Origin: Trichomonas gallinae
Taxonomy: Eukaryota
Direction of reading: 5' to 3'
Length of the DNA: 52,755 nucleotides
Assembly (NCBI GenBank): GCA_008369845.1
Contig: MRSU01003035.1
Location: 1 to 52,755 of the forward strand
A program made the translations under genes and the position numbers. Of this stretch, positions 10,356-20,045 are shown in pieces (position 1 is the stretch's first letter; each line of letters begins with the position of its first letter). The notes under the pieces are model-generated. The model saw only the letters and a program-made list of their open reading frames with translations, ran no database searches and was not told the DNA's origin.

Positions 10356-11822
10356 TTATAGGTGAGGCAAGCAGAGAGAGAATGCACAAAGAGGTGAAAG
10401 TGGGTATCTCAGTTCACCAGCGAAGGCAGTTTTATGGATTTTGCCGAAGAACAAAACCGGATTCTTCATGTTTTCTTTTTCGACTAAGATGAAATTCTTG
10501 ACTGAACTAGTATGAACTCTGCTGCCAAAATCCAGGAACTGGACCCCATCTTTCATTATAGGAGGCTTAGGCTTGTATTCTTTCACGTGGGCGTCACCTT
10601 TCACAAGATTTGAGCTGTCGCCAGCCGGAAATGTGGAACAGTTTGCAGGGAGGTAAACTTTGAACTGTCTGTATGTGGAGTTTTGAGTTAATAATGATTT
10701 GAATTCTATTGCAGATATTTCTCTGTTCTCTGAAACAGTGAAAAAAGATAATCTCGAAAAATTTGATGAAGTCTTAGCAATAACTTTGTCTGGTGTGTTA
10801 GATAATGTGTACTTGATTACAATACCAGAAATAGAGGTTTCTATGTACGCAGTCATGATTTGCATATTTGTAGTTTCATCAATATAAGCAAATGCCTGTG
10901 TTTTCTTGCTATCTTCAATGAGCTGTATTCTAAACAATGATGATGAACCCACAGGCACTGGAGAATAAATATTTGTAGAATCAACAACGTATTTCATGCC
11001 TTCATCTTGGTTTATTTCTTCTTCATATGATTCTTCTTCGCCTAAATCTTTGACCTCTAATGAAATAGGAGCTTTTGAGCTTGAATCTGGTAATGGCACA
11101 ATTGAATCTCTTGGAGGTGACCAGGGTTTTTCATTTATTTCGATTTTAGGAGGTGGACCAGCTGGCATTTTGATTTGTTTCGGTGGTTCTTCGATAATTG
11201 GTGGAGGATTTAGTGGTTCTGAAATTTTAATTTCATGTGGTGGAGAATCAACAGTTATTGGTGGTGTAATTGTAGGCTCAACAACTTTTATGCGTGGTTG
11301 AGGTGTTGTAACAAGTTTTGGTGGCGGATTTGAAGGTGGTGCAATATTTAATTTGATTTCATCAGGATTGAGATCAGCTTTGATTGAAGAACGTCTTAAT
11401 ACTGGTTTTGCAGGTGCTTTAGGCTCATGTGGAGGATTTATTTGAATTGTATTCGATTTTGTTGGAGTTGAAGGAGTAATATTATCGTTATTAACTTGTT
11501 TTATTGGCGAATTGATTAATTGTATTGGATTCTTTTGTTGTTCTATTGGAATATTAACGGAAATTAATTCTTCTCTGTTTGAAATGAGTTTTCTTCGAGG
11601 TCTAATGAAGTTTTCGTTATTAGGACCATGAATAGATGGTTGTTGTATCTCTATTTTTTGCAAAAATTGTTTGCTATTATTTGAATTTGATGAAAGTGGA
11701 ATATAGCTTGGTTTGTAGTTGAGAAAACTGACCATATCTACTTCTCCGGCGTAAAGCAAATTAGAATTTTTAAATTTATGCTGATATGATTCAAGATATG
11801 ATTCTATATTTTCTTCATCCAT
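10356..11822 (-). CDS. Tubby C-terminal domain protein with a Pro-rich N-terminal half
   Basis: LDFGSRVHTSSVKNFILV...FGKIHKTAFAGELRYPLSPLCAFSLCL matches the Tubby signature; Inr-like TCATTTTT immediately upstream of the ATG. Confidence 0.85.
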   Translation of the reverse strand: MDEENIESYLESYQHKFKNSNLLYAGEVDMVSFLNYKPSYIPLSSNSNNSKQFLQKIEIQQPSIHGPNNENFIRPRRKLISNREELISVNIPIEQQKNPIQLINSPIKQVNNDNITPSTPTKSNTIQINPPHEPKAPAKPVLRRSSIKADLNPDEIKLNIAPPSNPPPKLVTTPQPRIKVVEPTITPPITVDSPPHEIKISEPLNPPPIIEEPPKQIKMPAGPPPKIEINEKPWSPPRDSIVPLPDSSSKAPISLEVKDLGEEESYEEEINQDEGMKYVVDSTNIYSPVPVGSSSLFRIQLIEDSKKTQAFAYIDETTNMQIMTAYIETSISGIVIKYTLSNTPDKVIAKTSSNFSRLSFFTVSENREISAIEFKSLLTQNSTYRQFKVYLPANCSTFPAGDSSNLVKGDAHVKEYKPKPPIMKDGVQFLDFGSRVHTSSVKNFILVEKENMKNPVLFFGKIHKTAFAGELRYPLSPLCAFSLCLPHL

Positions 11823-12039
11823 TAAAAATGAAGCACAAAGATAATCTAAACAATATTTTTATATACTGAAACCATCCATAAAAACAAGCAATAACTATTT
11901 ACAATATATTTTTAATAACGGAATTAAATTATGTATCTTATCAATAAGAACCAAAAATTAGCATCCAAACTATCTATATATATAAATATTGAAATATTGG
12001 AATCATATATTAACATATTATATTTCAATTTAAATTTAT

Positions 12040-12324
12040 TGCATGAGGCAAAGAATTGTCGTCAATAAAGCAGTAGCTTATGATGTAGTTTTCAATAATT
12101 TATTGCTATTCTTCAACATTATAATTCATATTTTCATAATTCTTTGAATTATATCAGTTATAGCAGTTAGCATATGCTTTGCAAGATCTACATCTTGGCA
12201 GCCTATGTTCATGCGTTTTCGTTAAATAATCAATTTCATTTCCCAAATAAGGCGCAAGTTCGAAAATTACTTGTGAATGCGCATGATTATTGACTCTATC
12301 AGATGGATTCTTAATATCTAGTTG
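12040..12324 (-). pseudogene. Sec23/Sec24-like zinc-finger region fragment
   Basis: Minus frame reads VIFELAPYLGNEIDYLTKTHEHRLPRCRSCKAYANCYN*...ISYCFIDDNS (cf. PRCxxCxAYxNP and the trunk YxFxID); several stops; second CxxC missing. Confidence 0.55.
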
Positions 12325-12670
12325 TTAATTAGATCAACCAGACCTCATCTATTCTTTGTCTTTGCAAAATATTTTTTTTTTGACATTCTGACAAAAATCA
12401 CATAATCTGGCAAATAAAGAGTTTTTATTTGTCAATTTCCCTAACACCTCAGATCATGAGATATATTTCGCCATCTTATTGTTGCATCGTGAATTGAGGG
12501 AAGTGAGGTGTTTCTGGGTTCATTATGTATAGTTTTAAATTAGATAAACCAAAACCCATCTAAATTTTTTTTTTTGACACAATGACAAAAATCACATATT
12601 TCTGACAAATAAATGGTTTAATTTTTTGACATTGACAAAAAAAATTTGGCGGGTTTCCTAAATAGCCTAA

Positions 12671-13294
12671 ATGGAAAACAAATATTCGAAGATTCCTGAC
12701 CCAACACCAAACGGAAAACGCCTTACTCAGCTTTTCCAGTCAAGCTCTGACTCATCGGTTCCATCATCACGCCAGCAATCGCCGTCTCGTCAGCCATTAA
12801 GATCGCCGATCAAAACTCCGTTAAGAGATGACTATTTATCACCATCGATTCCAAATTCTCCACTCGTCAAGGCAGTCTTGAAGTCACCAAGCACCTTCAA
12901 AAGATTGTTTTCGACAACTTTCATGTATTATTTCTCACTCTTCTTATTCTTATTCGCAGTCTCATTCGCTATTGGCCCAACATCCAGATGCCTCAAAGCA
13001 CGAAAGAATCCCAAACCAGAAATTTGCAATGATAAAGCAAAAATAAATTCATGGAGCGACGCCTTGAAGGAATTAAATCTTTTAAGCATCAGCAACAGCT
13101 CGCACACACTCAATGATGGTCATAATACAGAAGAAGTCGTCAAATGCTTCAATGGAGACTTCATTCTCAAGACAAACAACAAGATTTTGGTTTATAAGCT
13201 ATCAGACCACACTGAAATGATTTTCGGAACCTTGCTGATGATAATCACACTCTGTATTCACTTAATTGCTACCTATGGACATTACAACTGGTAA
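12671..13294 (+). CDS. Hypothetical two-transmembrane protein with an SP/TP-rich N-terminus
   Basis: 207-aa ORF; hydrophobic segments FMYYFSLFLFLFAVSFAI and IFGTLLMIITLCIHLIA. Confidence 0.75.
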   Translation: MENKYSKIPDPTPNGKRLTQLFQSSSDSSVPSSRQQSPSRQPLRSPIKTPLRDDYLSPSIPNSPLVKAVLKSPSTFKRLFSTTFMYYFSLFLFLFAVSFAIGPTSRCLKARKNPKPEICNDKAKINSWSDALKELNLLSISNSSHTLNDGHNTEEVVKCFNGDFILKTNNKILVYKLSDHTEMIFGTLLMIITLCIHLIATYGHYNW

Positions 13295-13558
13295 CAAAAT
13301 AATTGATTTGTAAAATATTGCTTATTATTCAATTTATCAATCTATATATTGTTGTATATATGCTTTATTACGCTTAATATCAAGCCAATATCTTTAATTA
13401 TCGATAAAATTATCAAAAAAAATTATCATATTGAATTTGATATGTAAGCAGCTAATACAGGTGCCACTTTGGCCAAATACACCTTATTTTGATAACTATT
13501 ACTGCATATTTGGTAAAATTGTCATGTAAAAAGCAATATTTGACGTGTAAAATAATTT

Positions 13559-13566
13559 TCATTTTT
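13559..13566 (+). promoter_or_regulatory. Trichomonad initiator (Inr) element
   Basis: TCATTTTT just upstream of ATG 13571; matches the TCA+1YT/A Inr consensus. Confidence 0.6.
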
Positions 13567-13570
13567 ATTT

Positions 13571-16500
13571 ATGTTTTTCACGCTAATTTTTGTTTGTTTT
13601 AGCGTGATGCAGCATTATTTTGTAAAAATAGACGTAGAAAATATAAATCCTGGATTCGCTGCTGTGTTTGACACTACCAAATCAACAGATTCAGATGATC
13701 CCGAATATTTAATAACAAACAAGCTACAAAATGCGAAAGAATGGAAACTTGACTGCACAGTAACAATGCCTCTTAATAATATTCACGTATATGAAAATGT
13801 TAAAAATTCAAATGAATCAAATAACTTCTTATTCATCCCTGATTACTTAATGAATGATAATATAATCGAAAAATACGTAAATCTAGGCTTCTCGCCAGTC
13901 TCAAAAATGTTAAAAAAACAAAGATATATTTTATCTTCCGAGGATCAACCAGGATACAGCATGCTTCCATACACATATTCAATATTACAGGCGCAAAGTT
14001 CAGCGATGGTGTATTCAAAGGCGGATTCTAACCACAAAAATCCAATTTGTCATAAATTAGATTTTTCATTTTACAAGAATATCTGCTACATTTCAGCCTT
14101 AATCTACACAGTTTTGATGATATTTAGACTTTATTATTACTATTTGCCAATAAATCTCAAAGATGATCTCGGATCTCGTTTCTGGTTCGTTTCGAAGTCA
14201 AAAATAGCGCTGACATCTCCAGCAAGACTCTCATATTCCGAGTATAGAGAACTTTACAAGCTCATTGACAAAGCAGAAGCATCAAATTCAAGTCAACAAA
14301 AAGTTCTTCGCATTTCGAGGACAAAAATCTCAACAGAGCTATACCATTTATTCGTTTATCCTATCTTTGACTACTATTTCGTTATTTATTGGGTTGAAAG
14401 ATACGCTGAAATCGCAGAACCGTTAAATACGATAATCGAAGGCTCACACGTTCAAATCGATGACTCCTATGAAACAGTTTCTCCTCCAATTGAAATTTCC
14501 TACAAAGATGGATATCCGCAAGCAGATATCACGCTAAAACACTTCGACAAATCGGCGAATATTCACATTTCATCTACTGTTTCCAATGATCTTCCATTTG
14601 GATCTTATTCTCTCCATCTCGCTTACATAGATTGTATGCATCTAGGAATCATTAATCAGATATCATATATTGCACCAACACAAGATGCATTCAAAGTATT
14701 CATCGAAAACATATTCAATAGACTTGATTTCGCTTCTCTTGACGTTATCACGATTACAGGAAATCATGTCGAAGAAATAATGAAATTCTACAGATATGAT
14801 GACATTCAGCCAATTGTTGACAGCATCATCCGCAAGATGCCAACGCACAAAGGTCCTTCTTCCATTTCTCAAAAACATATTGGTGATTACATGTTTATTA
14901 CTGACAGATTCCAAGTCGCAAATGTTGTTTATGTTGTCCTGACTGGGCAGATTGCAAATCATCTCAGTTTATGCGTTTCTGAAAATACTTTTCATTTTAT
15001 TATGTCATTGCTTGTTTCTTACCATCATTCTGTCCTTTCTACACGTGGAGATGCATGTTCATTGATGCGCGTTCAAAATCTCCTCGAAAGAACAGAAATT
15101 TTCTCATTAATTGAATGCGTTGGTTCTCCAAGCCACTTTTTGCGTGCAACAGGCAAACTTTACGATCTTACCATCAACCAAGAAGTCGTTGACAAGTTCC
15201 TAGCAAGGGTTTCCCCAGATGTCAGATCTCGACTAATTGCAACGGAAAATCGCCAAGAATTGAGCTCGTATGTCGTCATGTTCACTAGAGAAAATGGAAT
15301 GGATGAATGTGTGTCGATTTCTTCAACTTCTTATTTCGATGAAACTATTGCTCAAAATATTTACCTTTACTTAGTCGAAGATGTCTCTAGGTTCCACAGG
15401 CGTGCTCAGAAGCTCAGAGCAGCTCACGATGACTTTAAAATGGCATCAGAATTTCTTGGACTCCACAAAGTCTACAAGAACATGGCCCTGGCTCACCCCA
15501 CGCTCTTGTCCCTCGAGCTGGGCTACAACGGAATCATTGCATCGCTAAATGAAGTGATTTACGAGGAAGACAAAAATATTGATTTAAACAGCGAACTAAC
15601 GAACCAGATACAAGTCAACATCAGACTCGTTTCATCTCTCGGATATCCAATAAATTACTCTGTCATTAAGGCGGCATCTGATGGCAACTTCTTCATTTTC
15701 GCGCCAAGAGAGCTCAGACAGTTAAGAGCGATTTCTTCAGATGACTTAATCAAACAAGAATCAACAGCAAATGCATTGGAGTCAGATTTCGTTTTGATTT
15801 TATCGGATCTGACAAGCGACGATGCAACTGTTGTAGACTCAGCAGGCAAACTTCCTTCCACAGGCAACATCAAGGACATTATAAGTTTGTTGACAAACAA
15901 AGCTCCGCACGAAACTGTCAATACTATACAAGCGAAGATGCAGAATGTGAAAGATGGAACGATCGAATACGCAAGCTTCGACGCACAGCTTGCAGGAAAG
16001 ATAAAGACTATGACTTGGTATAAGTTTATTATAGCCGCGATGAACGACAAGATGATTCTGTTCGTCTACAACAACAACACAAAGAAGCAGAGCTTATTGG
16101 CGATGTCAGACATGATGAGGAAAGCGGAGAGTTTCTTGGGATCAACGAAAATGTTCTACTGGTTCTTCGAAGACGCGAACGAGCCAAAGAGGACGTTCAC
16201 GAAGCCCCCTATGGCCAGTGGACAGATAACTTTCAACTGGTCGTCGATAGAAAGCGTTATAAGAGAAGATGACAGAAAGAGAGTTTCAGATATAATAAGG
16301 AAAGCAATAGATATGAAAGGCGAAATCAACGCAAAAGTCGTTTTGACATTTGACAAGCCAAGAGAATACTTGCTGAGAGGTTCATATAACAATGACATAT
16401 TATGCGGCATTGCCACAAATGTCAATTGGATTTCTAAATCAATCAGAAAGACGAAAGATGCGATCGCTGAAGAAAAGAAGAACGCTGAAATAATGAAGGT

Positions 16501-16645
16501 CGTCAAGCATGAGAACAGACTGAGGATGTTCCAGATCGCTATGTGTTTGAAGGATATGGTCAGTGCAGCTGAAGATGTCGGATATGATGGAGATCTTGTC
16601 AATATTGTTGTTAATTCATTCGAAAAAGTTCAACAACTTATTTGA
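13571..16645 (+). CDS. Hypothetical 1024-aa protein with a signal-like N-terminus and one likely TM segment
   Basis: Long ORF with Inr; MFFTLIFVCFS leader; hydrophobic ICYISALIYTVLMIF; no catalytic domain recognised. Confidence 0.8.
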   Translation: MFFTLIFVCFSVMQHYFVKIDVENINPGFAAVFDTTKSTDSDDPEYLITNKLQNAKEWKLDCTVTMPLNNIHVYENVKNSNESNNFLFIPDYLMNDNIIEKYVNLGFSPVSKMLKKQRYILSSEDQPGYSMLPYTYSILQAQSSAMVYSKADSNHKNPICHKLDFSFYKNICYISALIYTVLMIFRLYYYYLPINLKDDLGSRFWFVSKSKIALTSPARLSYSEYRELYKLIDKAEASNSSQQKVLRISRTKISTELYHLFVYPIFDYYFVIYWVERYAEIAEPLNTIIEGSHVQIDDSYETVSPPIEISYKDGYPQADITLKHFDKSANIHISSTVSNDLPFGSYSLHLAYIDCMHLGIINQISYIAPTQDAFKVFIENIFNRLDFASLDVITITGNHVEEIMKFYRYDDIQPIVDSIIRKMPTHKGPSSISQKHIGDYMFITDRFQVANVVYVVLTGQIANHLSLCVSENTFHFIMSLLVSYHHSVLSTRGDACSLMRVQNLLERTEIFSLIECVGSPSHFLRATGKLYDLTINQEVVDKFLARVSPDVRSRLIATENRQELSSYVVMFTRENGMDECVSISSTSYFDETIAQNIYLYLVEDVSRFHRRAQKLRAAHDDFKMASEFLGLHKVYKNMALAHPTLLSLELGYNGIIASLNEVIYEEDKNIDLNSELTNQIQVNIRLVSSLGYPINYSVIKAASDGNFFIFAPRELRQLRAISSDDLIKQESTANALESDFVLILSDLTSDDATVVDSAGKLPSTGNIKDIISLLTNKAPHETVNTIQAKMQNVKDGTIEYASFDAQLAGKIKTMTWYKFIIAAMNDKMILFVYNNNTKKQSLLAMSDMMRKAESFLGSTKMFYWFFEDANEPKRTFTKPPMASGQITFNWSSIESVIREDDRKRVSDIIRKAIDMKGEINAKVVLTFDKPREYLLRGSYNNDILCGIATNVNWISKSIRKTKDAIAEEKKNAEIMKVVKHENRLRMFQIAMCLKDMVSAAEDVGYDGDLVNIVVNSFEKVQQLI

Positions 16646-16985
16646 GGAATAGATTATTATTCATTGTAAATGTTAGTTAATTTTATTTTTTTGAAATTGA
16701 ATTTTTTTTTTGTTTATCACTATAATAGCTTAAAAGCCTTCATTTTTATAGACGACAAAGAGATTATCATGCAAATTAAATCATTTTAATATGTTTCTGA
16801 AAATATTGAAAATTAAAAAATGATTAGATTTCATTTTTATGACTGTAATATTAGGTATATTAATGAGTGTGTCCATAATATAGGTTTAAATGTTAATGAA
16901 TTGGTTTTTTTCATGTAAAATTATAATGTCAGAAAATTATACGAAATGTGACGTGTAAATTGTCAGATTAGACTGCTTGTAAACA

Positions 16986-18935
16986 ATGGATCCTCTTCAA
17001 GCGGTCACTCAATCGATAAGTGCTGATGGAATGTTTGAGTTGAGGATCCAAGATGGCTCCCCAATCAATGTTCGTTGCACGATTCGATTTGTTTTCTTGA
17101 TTATAGAATCCGAACAAACGAAAAGCATTGCTTTCCTTCCAGAATATGGACCAGCTATTTTTGGAATAGAAAACACTGGAAATTCAATTATGTTTTCGCC
17201 ACTTGATGTTGATCTACATTCAATGTTTACGATTTCTTCAAAAGAATACTCGCTAATCCAAAATTTCTTTAATTATGCGTCAAACTCGTATCTTGTTATA
17301 AAGAAATTTTGCGATGTTATCGATCGTCCACTCGAGAAACAAGAATATCTCGTTTATTACTACGGTTTAAACAGTGTTGAGCGCCCGATTTGTTTAATAT
17401 TACGTGACAACAAACTAATTCTCGATGAAAATGAGACTGTTATCGATACAATTGAAATCACATCAAGAACAAAAATCACTTTATCAGACATAAGAATGGA
17501 ACCAATGTTTGGGGTTTCGAACAAAATGGGCCAAATTATATGGTTTCAGTCATTTAACATAACAAATGTCATTCATTGGTTTTTATCTATTTATTTAACG
17601 AAGCAATACGTCATTGAACAACAACAGAACCTTCTAAACAAAATAAAAATACCAGAAACAATCGAAACTATTGCATCTCCCGTTAAACAAATTCCGCAAA
17701 ATGTAAATCGTGTTTCTCTTGAATCAATGACACCAGTTAATAAGCAAAAAGAAGTTATTTCGAAGTCAACACCTGAACCCACATACAAAAAGGCTGACGA
17801 AAAGAAACTAGAAAGAAGAGAGGAATTGCAAAAACAGAATAATTCGCTTCTTTCGGTTCTAAGCATAAAGAAAACCCAATACAAGGAAAAAGTATGGATA
17901 ACAGAAGAAAAAGAACCGGAAATCTCTGTAATTCAACAAACATCATTTGAACCAGTTCAAAAAATCGAATTTCCGGAACTACGCCATAATCCTATTGATA
18001 AATCTACCTTATTGGAGATAATGAGCCAGAAATATTCATTTGCTAGACCATCTCCATCTCATTATCTTAAAAATCCTGTTAAAATACCAGGAACATTCAA
18101 GTTAAATCTTCCTTACAACGCCAACAGTCCATTCACATTCTTAAATAGATATAAAGACGCTGATCCACAATTAGCATATCAACTTCTAGTCAGTTTGGTG
18201 ATGTGTCAGTTCTGTGGGAAGTCTATACTAGACACATACAATGTAAAAGCGAACACATCTCTTCCGCAAGTCCAAGCAATGTATGTCGTTGATTATTATA
18301 AAAGCGATTTACCGTCTTATATATTGTCTCATCCTGAAATACTTAGCAATTACAGAATATCAGCACTTGTGTATGATAAAGAGCTCTTAAAGTCTCTTCC
18401 CAAGAAACAATTACAAAAAGTTTCAAGTTTTCAAGTACAATATTCTTTCCCGCATGATCCAATGAAAGATTTACGCACTTCAATGAACAATGCGCTGATG
18501 TCTGCACGTTTGAGGCAGTTTGATCCAATTAAAGTTTTCCAGGACTTCTCTCGTTCTTGGATTGCTGTTTTCCAGCACCACTGCAAGCAGAACCTGTTAG
18601 AGCCACTGTTTGTCAGACTCTCGACCGATATTGCGAGGAATAACGAGACGTGGAACATTTTTAGGGAAGAGTCGGAATTAAGACAGAAGTGGCCATTGTT
18701 TTTGCTGCATTCAATGAGAAACGAGAGAGTAGTTGAGAATCTTCTGGTGGCAATAAGTGCGCCACAGATTCTTCATTATTTCTACGACGACTGCGCGTTG
18801 ATAAGGAGGGACGACATCGTCGAAGAGCTGGTGTTTTACACCTGCGTATTCGCGAGCTTCAGGATCAAGATATCGAACAACGGAACAGTAGAACAGCCTC
18901 TTCCTGGTCCACAGTTCGATGCAATATTCAAATGA
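16986..18935 (+). CDS. Hypothetical 649-aa protein; possible PH-like N-terminal region and C-terminal RUN-like domain
   Basis: C-terminus KWPLFLLHSMRNERVVENLLVAISAPQILHYFYDDCALIRRDDIVEELV...FASFRI resembles the RUN C-terminal blocks. Confidence 0.7.
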   Translation: MDPLQAVTQSISADGMFELRIQDGSPINVRCTIRFVFLIIESEQTKSIAFLPEYGPAIFGIENTGNSIMFSPLDVDLHSMFTISSKEYSLIQNFFNYASNSYLVIKKFCDVIDRPLEKQEYLVYYYGLNSVERPICLILRDNKLILDENETVIDTIEITSRTKITLSDIRMEPMFGVSNKMGQIIWFQSFNITNVIHWFLSIYLTKQYVIEQQQNLLNKIKIPETIETIASPVKQIPQNVNRVSLESMTPVNKQKEVISKSTPEPTYKKADEKKLERREELQKQNNSLLSVLSIKKTQYKEKVWITEEKEPEISVIQQTSFEPVQKIEFPELRHNPIDKSTLLEIMSQKYSFARPSPSHYLKNPVKIPGTFKLNLPYNANSPFTFLNRYKDADPQLAYQLLVSLVMCQFCGKSILDTYNVKANTSLPQVQAMYVVDYYKSDLPSYILSHPEILSNYRISALVYDKELLKSLPKKQLQKVSSFQVQYSFPHDPMKDLRTSMNNALMSARLRQFDPIKVFQDFSRSWIAVFQHHCKQNLLEPLFVRLSTDIARNNETWNIFREESELRQKWPLFLLHSMRNERVVENLLVAISAPQILHYFYDDCALIRRDDIVEELVFYTCVFASFRIKISNNGTVEQPLPGPQFDAIFK

Positions 18936-19395
18936 AAAATAAGAAATATTATGTTTTTTGTTTAAAAAAAAAATAAAACTGTCGATGTTAGTAATAAGCA
19001 TCACTTTTTGAGTGGTCTGGATGTGTGACGGCATATTCGCACTGCATTTTTGTGTAACTGTTGTATCTTTAATCGAATCTCCAATTCGAGATAGATTAAA
19101 TGTGGAAAATTGAAAATTTGGAATAACGAAGTTTTGAATGAAAAGTCGATTTTCAAAAGATTACATTAAAATAGGTGGGAAATTTTTAAAAATAGTAAAA
19201 TCGAGCTGCACGTTGAAATTGTTCAAATATATAAAAACAGTTTTGAGATTGATTTATTATTTAAAATATCTATTTTCAGTGAAGATTGTAGATGCACAAA
19301 TTGTCATGAACAAATAAAGACTAAAAACAGCTATAAAAATTTTAAAAATATGTTTAATAAATCCAGCACTTTCAAATGATTAGAATTACTTTTTA

Positions 19396-19629
19396 TCATT
19401 TTTTGTTGCGTTCAAGCCATTCTTTTTCACATTTATCAGAATAGTCAAGCTTTTTCTTCAGCACTTCATCGGATATTGGGTCAGGGAAGAACTGTGGGGT
19501 TGGGACTCCTCTTTTGGCATTTCTATCTTCAAAATGATATGTTGGTGGAAGATCTGCGATGGAGTCGACATACTTTTTTGCCGCACGAAAATCACTAACA
19601 AACTTCTTCACACTAGAAAACGCAGACAT
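19396..19629 (-). CDS. Small hypothetical protein, 77 aa (MSAFSSVKKFVSDFR...)
   Basis: ATG at 19629 preceded by Inr-like TCATTTTTCAAA; coding-like composition. Confidence 0.7.
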   Translation of the reverse strand: MSAFSSVKKFVSDFRAAKKYVDSIADLPPTYHFEDRNAKRGVPTPQFFPDPISDEVLKKKLDYSDKCEKEWLERNKK

Positions 19630-20045
19630 TTTGAAAAATGAAGTGTTATTTTGAAAGAAAACTTTGGATTCCTCTGAAAAAGTCACAATGATTTTTCCAA
19701 ATAATATTTATTTGCTTAAAATTAGGGCGCAATAAATAATGATAGAACTAAATAAGCCAAAATCAATATCTATTGTTATATTTATCAAATAAATTTTCCA
19801 CGAAAATAGATGATCCAAAAGGAATAAACCTGAACCAATATTTTTTTTCAAGCAGAAGTCGACTTGAAAATTATATATAATTTTGTGTTTGTATATCAAT
19901 TATATATCAATATTCAATATTCATTATTAACTGTTTCAATAAATGAAGCGTGAATTTGAAACATCGATCAATTAGGAAAAAAAATAACAAATTTATATAA
20001 AACATATAAGGGAAAAAAAATCTATTAAAAAAAATAATATGATTA

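Noticed and set aside
12441..12452. CTAACACCTCAG as an intron 3' end (also TCTAACAAAACAT near 51281)
   Set aside because: Wrong branch-to-AG spacing or no AG, no good donor site, and no ORF restored
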